Assembly: GCA_009103225.1 (NCBI GenBank)
Contig: RHPI01002823.1
Location: forward strand, 133,104-197,103
Source of the DNA: Chlorokybus atmophyticus
Lineage: Eukaryota; Plantae; Mesostigma and Chlorokybus algae
Reading direction: 5' to 3'
Length of the DNA: 64,000 nt
The notes under the pieces were generated by a model that did not search any database, had not been told where the DNA came from, and worked only from the letters and a program-made list of their open reading frames with translations. Shown here in pieces: positions 11,174-21,238 of this stretch. The number at the start of each line of letters is the position of its first letter. The stretch's first letter is position 1. The position numbers and the translations under genes are program-made.

Positions 11174-11368
11174 TCGTACCATTATAATGGTACGATCGAG
11201 CCATTGCACGTCCAGGGTGAGTCTGGATATGTATATATATATATATATATATATCCTGATTGAACCGTTTCAATGGTACGAAGATGCCTTTGCCAAAAGG
11301 TATAGGCATTGTACAAAGGTACCATTGAAATGGTACCTTTGTACAATGGCAATGGCAGTTCGTACCAT
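11174..11368. promoter_or_regulatory. GTACCAT-motif palindrome cluster plus (TA)n in the bidirectional promoter of the transposase and the helical cargo gene
   Basis: Perfect 22-bp palindrome TCGTACCATTATAATGGTACGA (11174-11195). (TA)n at ~11232-11254. ATGGTAC at 11273. Hairpin with 20-bp arms CATTGTACAAAGGTACCATT-ga-AATGGTACCTTTGTACAATG (11307-11348). GTACCATT at 11362. Confidence 0.6.
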
Positions 11369-12164
11369 TGACAACTCTGGCAATGTCAGTCCCCCTGCGC
11401 ATGAAAACACCATTGACAGCTCCGCCAAGCTATGCCCTTACAGGGGCGTGATGCCGAGGGTATGTGGCGTTTGGAGGATCGTTGGCGAAGCTGCCAGGGG
11501 CGTAGTGGGCATTGTGGTCGAGGTCAGGAATGAATTCCATGTTCGCACAGGGCGGGCAGGGTGCCGGAGGGGTGTCCTCGGTGTCAAACCCCACTAAGAC
11601 TACCAAGGGCACATCCAATGACAACAGTGACTCGGGCGATATCTTACAAGGCTCCCCCTCCGAGTGGGCAAAGGCACACCACAATACTGCCTCTAAGAAA
11701 ATCCGACCCACCAGCAGCTGCGACCACGGCGACATGATTGAAGGGACCAAACAAGACTGGCATAACCAAGGTGGGTTACGATGCACTGTCAATGCCACAT
11801 GCTAGGGTTCTTTTATCTTGCACATGCACAGCCTCAAGTATCTTGCACTTGACATACATTGTCAATACGACATGCACACCCTCATGCACAACCTCCAGTG
11901 TCATGCACATGAACAGCATGACCAATCTCGCAAATGCACAGCCTATTTCTACTTGCGGGAGCTCACAAGTCGCAAAAGAGAAGCTGCGGAGTCAAACGAA
12001 CGGGTAATCTATGACCTAGTTTAATGTTTCCAGCGGTAATTAAGCAGTATGCTTGCAGATTGCCATGTTGGTCAGAGTGAACCAAGAGCAGCGCGGCAGG
12101 CTGACTGTCTGCCTGGCGGAGTGCAACAAAGCGGAAGACGAGGTAAGCGTGTGTATGCTGATGG
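11303..12164 (+). repeat. Copy 2 of the ~0.9-kb internal direct repeat
   Basis: Aligns by eye with 3886-4848, with scattered substitutions and one ~100-bp deletion. Confidence 0.9.
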
Positions 12165-12385
12165 GCTAGTCCTCTGGCAGCACGCCACTCTTACAGCATT
12201 ACCAAATGCAGGTGGTCACTCTCAAAGCGACCATCAAGCGCATGCGCGTGCACGGCGAGGCGCTGACATTCAAGCTGAAGGACGAAGTAGCCGCTGTACT
12301 GTCAGCGAGCGAGGCAGCGGATGAAGATGACTCCGGCGTTGAAGCAGAAGACTCGTCGGAGGAGGAACAGGAGGAGGGGGTTTGA
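11530..12385 (+). CDS. Hypothetical helical protein with acidic C-terminus (transposon cargo; may be damaged)
   Basis: Exon-like segments MNSMFAQGGQG..., RKREAAESNER, IAMLVRVNQEQRGRLTVCLAECNKAEDE|gtaagc, ...RMRVHGEALTFKLKDEVAAVLSASEAADEDDSGVEAEDSSEEEQEEGV*. Confidence 0.45.
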
Positions 12386-12608
12386 GGAGGAGTTCTGAGG
12401 CAGGCACCACGGGTTGACAAGCTGCGCATGAGTCCGACAGCTAGACTCAATGTTATAGGATAGTTTCATGCGCAAGTCGGCTGCTCAGTTGTAAGTGGAC
12501 ATACTCTCACCACTGCCCGTACATTGTATATATTGTGGGCTTTTAGGTGCAAGACCAAACAATCAGTCCAAGGTTTGTACAAGCTGCATGGCATGTTAGT
12601 GTTGGCTT

Positions 12609-12934
12609 ACGGCAAGAATTGCCAACTTTTGTCAAACGGCAAGGGTCACATATTAACAGCAGTGTAACGGCAAAGAAACTGCCGGCTATTGCTGTCAGCT
12701 GTCCGTAACTACCGGTCAACGGCCGTCTGTGCACATCGACCAAAGGGTAACTGGTTGACAACTCTCGGCCGGTTAGTGCCACTGACAACCACTTTCGGCC
12801 CGCGGCCGTCTGCGTCAGTCCACTTAAGCCAACGGCAAACCCAACAGTCCAAAAGTAATATTTCAGGCAGCGACAGGCAGGCTCAGGCAGGCTCAGGCAC
12901 CAGTCAGTCCCTCAGTCCTTAGTCAGTCACCGTG
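12609..12934. repeat. Subterminal repeat region and candidate right terminus of the transposon
   Basis: ACGGCAA at 12609, 12636, 12667 and 12832. Short GGCAA/TTGCC and CGGCA/TGCCG hairpins at 12611-12623 and 12668-12684. CAGT/CAGG-rich repeats end in CCGTG. Confidence 0.45.
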
Positions 12935-12958
12935 TAAAATTTGCGACGAAGGAGGGTG

Positions 12959-13196
12959 CTACCGCCCCCTTTAATCCCCTACCCCAACACCACCACCACA
13001 GCTACGTCGCCGCCGCCGCTGGCAGCCAGGGGATAAATTGTGACAGGGGGACATGACTCTATTGAGGTCGCCATTGACGTGCGCAAATAGAATGTTTGTT
13101 AGCGAACATTTGAAGCACAACCATTGGCTTCAACACAATTTTGATAATGTTGGGTAGATATAAACGAAGAAGTATTCACAGACACGGTTACGGTAG
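12959..13196. mobile_element. Possible remnant of the same MITE family as 57207-58524
   Basis: 17-bp exact match GGGATAAATTGTGACAG (13030-13046 = 57243-57259). TACCCCAACAC (12980-12990) equals the TIR core. GGGGGAC motif present. Boundaries uncertain. Confidence 0.35.
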
Positions 13197-13777
13197 GCAT
13201 CTTGAATTCCGGACTATCCGTGCAAAGAAAATTGAATACGGTTTGCTGTCGAGTCTGATACACTGAATCGACTCCAAAGAGGGGGACACCACCATGAAGG
13301 GGGGATGATGTACAGACACAGCACCCACGAAGATGCTAGGTACAACATTGTCGAGATATGTACGATATTTGAGCACGAAGCACAGTAATGTATGCAGACA
13401 CATACACAACTATCTATTCCCAAAGTGTTCAAGTAGTGGCTAGGAACGAGTTTTTCCATTCTTGAAATTTGACCAAATCCACCCGTGGGGCGATACAATC
13501 TCAAGAGTGTCACATTTGTCCATGAACCCATTAAAGCCATACAATAATTGAAAGAAAGGGGCGCACAATTCGTGGCCGTATGGTATTGCGTGGCTTTTAC
13601 GGTAGCAGGTTGTGATGGAACGCGCCCTGCACCTAAACTTGTTTACAACCGCGCAACGGTTGCGGGCGGCAACACAAATGTTCTTGCATGTGATTTAGGC
13701 TTGCAGCTCTCGCATTCCTCCCAATTCCTGCCGCGATGCACCGTCCAGTTGCAGCACACAAGCACCACACCTCAATG

Positions 13778-15922
13778 TTATACACATGCAACACATACGC
13801 ATGCACGGTGAAGTGCACATGACATAAGGTTGACGCGGGAGGGGCCCTCATCTATGCACCTGTACACAGCAGGAGTCGAGTCTTGGTTCCTAGCGGCATC
13901 AATGGCACGAGCCTGCAATATGTGCAGGCCCTCTCCCACTTGAAGAGTTGTGAGTGTAGAAGCAATGACGTCTGTGGTAACATCCCATGGTAAGTACCAT
14001 CCAATCACCATGCGCGCAATGCAGTGTATGGAATTAGCTTCATGCACGTCTGCACGGTTGGTCAATCTTATACTGGTAGCTGACGCAGGTTTCAGTGGTG
14101 GCGAAGGAGAACATTGACTGAGTGTCAAAGGTTCGCGTGGAGGGTCCAGACAGCACGAAAGTGTCTGGACCGCCATTATCGATGATTCAGGAGTACTCTT
14201 CAGCCTTGTCAATGTTGCCGTTCGCGTCAATTATGCGCACGGTAAAGGTGTGCGGGCCCTCAGTGAGGTCTTGCAGGCTGACCTCATTAGGGAATGAGAA
14301 AGGCACGTATGGCCCGTTGTCGAGGCGAGACTCCTGGAGGCCGCTCTCTGTGGCAGTGATGGTGAAGAATGCGTCATCGGATGACGTGATCGACGTTGGA
14401 AAGGCCGTGATTGTCACTTCGGGCGCTACCATGTCGACGCTCCAAGTACAGTTCTTGGGTGTGGGGTACCACAGCATGTTGTCCAGCCCAACAGCACGCA
14501 CCTACTGAACAACAAGTACTTAGCCAATTGATATACACTCGGCGCTTCCAAGTTCTAGCAAACCAGCAAGCTTATCCATCACTGTGTGCAGGCCGTCCCT
14601 GACTCCCTTCACAGTGAAACTGGAGCCCTTACCCTTCTTCCACTTGGTGTTGTCGAGCTTCCACTCGTACACAAACTCGGTCACAGCAGAGTCGCGCGTG
14701 GCGAAGGGGGTGACGATTACGCCATCAGCCGTGTTGATAAACATTGCACAATGAGACGCGCAATGCAGATAAAGCAGACAGCGTATGCAGGAATCTACTT
14801 ACAGGACTGAGATGACGTCAGTGTCAGTTGGGTCCACTGTCCACTTGTACACGATGGGGTCTGGGTTGATGTTGCCAACAGCATCCAGCCGCCACAGAGT
14901 ACCAGTAGCTACCGGTAGAGAAGGTGCCGGCGGCAAAGGTTTCCTCCTGCAGGGCATGCAGCATGTTGGCGACATGTCCACCACACCAGCGTGTTCAGCA
15001 ACGCCACAAGTCACATCGTGGACCTCACACTAACCTCTGTGCACGTAGCGTTGTTGACATCACATGTTATGTATGAGGCCCCGGGCATCCACGAGTGCTC
15101 CACCTTGAACGCGCGGGCACTGTTGTCGGATGTGAACTGAATGCGCAGAGAGGTCGCAGCGGCTCCAAGCCTTTCAGTGGCAAGGAACTGAGCTCCCGTG
15201 TACTTATAATCTGCAGCAGTGAATGCATGACACGAATGGGTCCCGCGTTCAACCTCAGTTGATGCTGCTGCAGCAAAAATCAAAACAGCACGCTTGCCAA
15301 TAATCCAGCTAAAGGTATTATTGTCACCCGTGTTGCCCAAGCTGTCCCGAGCGCGGATGACAAGCTCGTACTCATCTGGGGGCAGGTCGCGGTATTCAGC
15401 TACAGAATCACCACTAGCGAAACGAATAAAGTCACTGCGCACATAGGGAGGTGATGTGGGCTCTATTGTTGAGTGCAGCACACATGGTTGAACTGCGCAA
15501 CGGCATGCATGTGACTTGCCTGCCATTGAATGCCAGTTCATATGTGCAGTCGTCGGTTTGAGGATATATCCGACTTGTAAAAGGTCTACGTGAGATAGTT
15601 GGGGTTGAGGTTTCCTGCCACGTCTTGCAATGTCATCTGCATGGAGATCATCGGCAACGCGTGGGTTGGAACACTCTGGTAAAACCCTCGTCCGACAATC
15701 TCTAGCCAGAGCTATAGCTGTCGTCAGTTCTGGTCTCAGGCTCCTGCATGGCGTGGCTGTCATGCATTTCCCAGGTCTCCTCTCCTCGTGCAAGCTCCGT
15801 CGCATGCACACATCAATCTCTCCGGTAGTTAAATTCCGGGGCTGGAGCAGCAGCGTTACTTTTGCGCAGTTCTGCCTGCTACCCGGCCTGCCTCTGCACC
15901 TCCACTCCAGCCCTGCCCACAT
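13778..15922 (-). CDS. Protein with 4-5 bacterial-type Ig/FN3-like repeats (probably extracellular); ends uncertain
   Basis: Repeated units YELVIRARDSLGN...FSWII, DAVGNINPDPIVYKWTVD, WSVDMVAPEVTIT...HTFTVRIIDANGN...YSWIID, ARAIDAARNQDSTPAVY on spliced minus-strand exons. Confidence 0.65.
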
Positions 15923-17060
15923 TGCACCAGCATTGCTGAGTTAGCTCGCATAGCCTTTTCGGGCGCCCCGTCTCTATGTTCACTGTGTCAAGGGGGTACT
16001 AGTCATGTCCTCTGTGCTTGCTTGCATTTCGGCGTGTGCGTACTCTTTGTGTGGGGACCTTGTGTTAGGCTGCACACATGTGCACGACTGTGACGTGAAA
16101 CAGTGCATGTTTCTACTGTGGTGTGGTGTGAGTGTGCGCTTGATGGTGCGAGCTGGTGGCGTCCATGCGGCTAGCAAGCCACGGTCGCATATATGGATAT
16201 AGACTGGTGCACGCACATGCATGCATGCTGCTGGCGAGGAGTTGTGTAGGTGCAAGTGAAAGGGGCAAGTAAGTGAGGTACCCCTCAGTGCGGCGAGTAG
16301 CGCTTCTGCCGCGCACTACTCTATGTCTGCATGTAGTTACTGTATTCGTTGGGGTGATTGCTGCTGTGATTGTTGCTAACCGCTGCTGTAACTGTAGTAC
16401 TAACCATGCTGACCGCTGTGACTCTTTATACGGTTGCTGATTGACACTGATGTTGGTGACCATTGTGATTGCCAGCTGCTGTCACTGCAATTCCAACCAG
16501 CTTGCTAACCTGCGAGATCGCGCCGTTTCGCGTGAGGGTTCAACTGACTCTTACCCCAAATATATCCCAGTGTGACCATACACGCCTTGACAAGTAGGCG
16601 ATGACAACCACTTGTAGCAATGGACAGCACTACCCCGCCCCCGCGCCTTGCCTTGCCTTGGCTGCTTGCTCTTGCAACTACTGATGCTACTGAACTTACT
16701 GACACTGCCTACCACAGGCCGCTGTGCTTTGGAATGGTTGGTCACAATCTGCTCCTGGCTGTACTCCTCAGCTCCCGCGCTTCCCTTGCATGCATATAGC
16801 TAAAGCACATGATGATTGTAACTTGCCCTTGCCTGGCTTGTGGCTGTGGTCTGATTGTGATGGTGTATAGGATATACGCACAAGAAGCAAGGCTGGATAC
16901 GTGAAGTGCTGTTTCGCACACGCATAGTCATGCAACATGCACACGGCAACACTACATCATTGCTATACAGATTGGTACATGGTCATTACCGGGTTAACCA
17001 CTATGACGCTATCACTAATGCTCATCCCCATTAGACATGCATGCAGGTTGTAGTTACCTA

Positions 17061-17093
17061 CCCACACGGGCCGTGTCACACGGCCCGTGTGGG
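17061..17093. repeat. Perfect 33-bp inverted repeat (16-bp arms, 1-nt loop)
   Basis: CCCACACGGGCCGTGT-c-ACACGGCCCGTGTGGG. Confidence 0.95.
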
Positions 17094-17752
17094 GTTCCGT
17101 GCAGCCTTGTATTTGCATCACAAGGCAGCCAATCACAGTACCAGGCACAACATCAAAACCCATGCACTCGAATAGTGAACAGCACAACATCAGCATTACT
17201 ACTTTGTGCGTCACTCTGTTGTTGCTACTGCTGTGACGCACAGCGCTGCTACACAGGTACTTTCAAGTTCTTGCGTGGGTGTTGGCGGCTGTCACAGCCA
17301 GGGTGTGTATGTCAGGGTAATTGAGGTATCAAGGCAACTACTGTGCGCATATCCTGTGCACATGGTTGGCGGTGGTTGATTTTGCACTTGCACGAGTGTT
17401 TAGTACAGAAGTCCATTCAGTGATGCTATGGCCAACACAGGAACGCAGCATGCAATGATTCTATGCAGTGATAGCGCTCGCACGCATATCTAAACGAATG
17501 GTGCATTGCACAGGGCACCCACAGTGGTGCACACAATCCACAAGCAGCAAACAGGCACAGACAGGCGGCAGGTGCAGACCAAGTGAATCAACTGCATGCT
17601 GAGGCTATGCCTCTGTGTTCCATCTCCTTTTGCCTGCATATCAGCTGTACACATGGTGGTAGCAGACAACGGCAATACACATACAACCTGCATATGTAAC
17701 TGGCCTGCTGGTAGCATGGGCAAAGCCAAGACCAGCAGCATTGCTAAATTCT

Positions 17753-19877
17753 TCAACTATGTACAGGCGAGGATTTTTTCTCTACAATGTTCCAATTCCC
17801 AACCCTGCGTGGCCCACCACCCGCCGATGAACCGTTGAAGACTTCAACCACCGCACGTCGCATGCTGTCCTGCCATGCGGTTGCCAAACCTTTGATCGCG
17901 ACTGGCGGCTGCAAGTCCGTGGTGGCTGCTGCAAACGACTTGCGCGCTGCAACCATCATTGGCAACCTGCGTGCAGATACAAGCTCAGACCAACACAGTG
18001 AATGAATTGACCCTTCAACTAGTAACCGAATGTGCTTGCGGGCTGAATCTTAGGGATGCCCTAAGTAGACAGTACAGCAAAAGATAATTCGCCAGTGTGG
18101 TTGTGCTAACTGCAAGAGCACTTCTGCTTACTTGTAATCCGCGGCCGTAGCATCAAATGTTGCCGTCGGTGGTGTGGCAGGGTAGTCGCGCGGGATAAAC
18201 AACCGCATTGGCGACAGCTGCAAGAGCTGCGTACACATAGGGGCGCATCAGTGCTTGGCGCTGCCATCACTGGGCATCCCTACAGCAGGGTGAGGTTTGA
18301 CCAAGTTTATGCTGTGCATAAAATTCACTTACGGGCACAGCGGTGTAGCGGCAGAGCAACACCGTCCCACTGCCTTGAGCGGATGCCAGCGAAGAGCCCT
18401 GCTCGTCAACAGACATGCACGTGTCCAGCAGGCAAGCTGCCACCTCCAAGCACTCGTTCAACAGCGCTGTCGGCAACAGTGCCTATGCAAACAAGCAGCA
18501 CAACGAGTCAGATGCAGCCAAAACTCAGCAACAGCAATCATAGCTGAACAATGTCAAGTATGGGTTCAGTGCTCCTCCATCTCGCAACTATGCACATTTC
18601 GTATCACTATGTGATGTTTACCATATGACGCTGTCGCTTAACATCGCCTTCAACAAGAGACGCATCATCAGATTCTGATCTCCACTTGCGCACGGCTCCC
18701 ACGTTGGAAGAATCATCGCTGCCTTCTCTTTGCAGAGTGGCGGGATTGACTCGCCCATCATGCGTGCAGACGCCATCGACCAGAGACACTGCTCCAGTGT
18801 GATCAATCACTGATGGCGGCTGCACCACCGAAGACAACGCATCCTCCATTGAGCCGACAGCCCACTCGTCATCTTCTGTGTTGCCGTCAGAGCTGGGGTG
18901 CCCCCGAACACCGTCCAGGATGGCATCGATATCGTATGTTGCGATTGAAACAGCGGTCGGGGACGTGTTCAAAAATAACATCACCTGCATCTCACAACAA
19001 CAGGTCAGGCACATGACCATAGCCATGTGTGCCATTGACAAAGGACGAGCATGCAACATGGGCAATTATGCTTGGTGGCAAATTGCGTGCGCATGTAGGA
19101 GCATGCAGGTGTGCCTTGCGCCAACCTTTTCTGCCAGGCGCTGTGCAGGATCTACAACAGGGCTGGGAGGGGTGGTGAGCATGGCTGAGGACGGCGTTTT
19201 GGTCTCGATGCCCTCCACCACAAGTGGTGTAGTTGCACTATTGATAGGGGCCATTGGCGGGGTAGCGCCCACAGCTGACAACGCAGGTGATCCTGTCTGA
19301 TACACCTGTGAACAGGTTAGTGAGCACCTGTGGGTTTACAGCAAGCGATAGCAGGCAACACAAGAGCGGTGTCAAGCAAAGGAGGCCTATGGCCCACACA
19401 CAGTGGCAGTGAAGTGTTAAGACGCTACCTGGCTTGACATCGCTTGTGGAGGAGCAGCAGCTCCAGGTGACGCGCGCTGCAATACCTGCACAGAAGCATG
19501 GCATATGTCACCCTTGGTGGTGACAACAAGCTAAAGACTACCGCACTCCAAGATGGAGGACCGAAAACAGCACATGCACTTTAATGCACGCACGGAATGT
19601 TGCAAGACAATGCCGCCAAGCTACTGCACAAGTACCGAGATCTGCACAATAATGTGTTGCAATTATAGACCTGCTGAGGAGGAGTGGCCTGGCGCGGGAT
19701 TGGTTGCCGTTGCTGTTGCAGCAGCATCTGCTGCTGCTGTTGCAGCGCATGGTGCACCTGTGCTGAGGAAACCTGCTGTTGTTGAAGTTGCGCTTGCTGC
19801 AACCCTGGGTACTGCGGCTGCATCAGCTGTGGCTGCTGGCGCTGCTGCTTGAGCTTCTGCTGTGCAAGTGCTTGCTT

Positions 19878-19910
<33 letters not shown>

Positions 19911-20142
19911 CTGCTGCGCTTGCAGATGTTGCTGTTGCAGAAGTAGCTGCTGCTGCTGCTGCTGGGCTTGTGGCAGCAGTGGCTGTTGTTGCTGCTGCTG
20001 AAGTACCTGCTGCTGTGCTTGTATCTGACGTATAAGCTGCTGTTGCTGCTGTTCAATGCTTTGTCGCTGCTGCGGCTTTGCCGTTGCATGCTGCTTTTGC
20101 AACTGCTGCAACTTTTGCTGCAGTAACAAGTGCTGCTGCTGC

Positions 20143-20231
<89 letters not shown>

Positions 20232-21168
20232 TTGCTGCTGTTGCTGCTGCTGCTGCTGCATGCTTTGTTGACTGGTGCCCACCTGGTCATGGCATGCACC
20301 AGTTGAAGTAAACCGCATCGTGCACAAGCAGTTCAACAGTGGGCATAGAAGAGATGCTGTTTCGTGCCTGCGACTGTTGCTGCTCCAACTTGACTTGTCC
20401 ACCCTGTGGCGGCACTGCAGTTTTGGATTGTGCACTCAGCCGCTTCTTGGATCCTTCGACGAGAGTGGCAATCTGCTTGTCATATCGATCCAAGCTGGCC
20501 ATATCCACCATGACGGGTGTTTCCCCTCGCTTGGAGGCCAACAGCGGGATGATTCTATGCAGGAACTTTCTCACCTGTAAGAGCTGATTTGACAACCGTG
20601 ACATGCGGTGGCTGCAGAGGCCAGTAACAGAGAGAACACGCTGCTGCGAAACTTCTTACCTGTTCAATTTTTGTTGCTGCAGCTGCGGTGACTGCCGGCT
20701 GCTTAGCAACCTGTGTAAGGCTCCTGTACAACTCAACCAAATCTGCTCGGTATGTATTTCGCATCTTCTCAATCTTTTGCCAATACAGTTCCTCATCAAC
20801 CGCGCTCAACTCTACAGCCATCTGCAACCGACACAAATACTATTACAGCAATACCATGGCGATAAGCCTGAATGGGCAGTGCTGTCTGACACCAACAGCT
20901 GCCCTGCTGTGACATGCAAAGGGCATGGCACATGGCAAATCACCTGTGTCGGCTGTTGTGCCACGGCTTGCTGTTGCGGATTGTTTACAGCAGCTGACAT
21001 GCCTGTGATGGTCGATGTGGCGGTCATACTGGGTGATGCACCACGCGGGAAGGCTGCAGATAACAGTACAAGCAACATTAGCGCGAACCCCAGACCTTGA
21101 CCATACAAGCAGAAGGCAGTGCTAACCTGCGGCTCGTTGAAGTCCGGCGCGCGAGTTGTCTGGCATAA

Positions 21169-21238
<70 letters not shown>

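Larger units (their letters stand above)
1..12934. mobile_element. Large multi-gene Plavaka-type (CACTA/CMC-like) DNA transposon, right part; left end outside the window; degenerate copy
   Basis: Plavaka transposase at 7870-11010 is surrounded by cargo genes that share a promoter motif. Their introns are short and mostly lack the CA/GT tracts of host introns. The candidate terminus ...AGTCACCGTG at 12934 is preceded by ACGGCAA subterminal repeats. Confidence 0.75.

Noticed and set aside
3886-12164. The 0.9-kb direct repeats as LTRs of a retrotransposon or DIRS element
   Set aside because: No TG...CA ends, PBS/PPT, gag, RT, integrase or tyrosine recombinase were seen. The repeats contain spliced exons and enclose a DNA transposase.
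1-12934. Endogenous giant virus (NCLDV) or Polinton insertion
   Set aside because: No capsid, packaging ATPase, family-B polymerase or other viral hallmark gene was seen in this part. The mobility gene is a Plavaka transposase. The unseen left part could change this.
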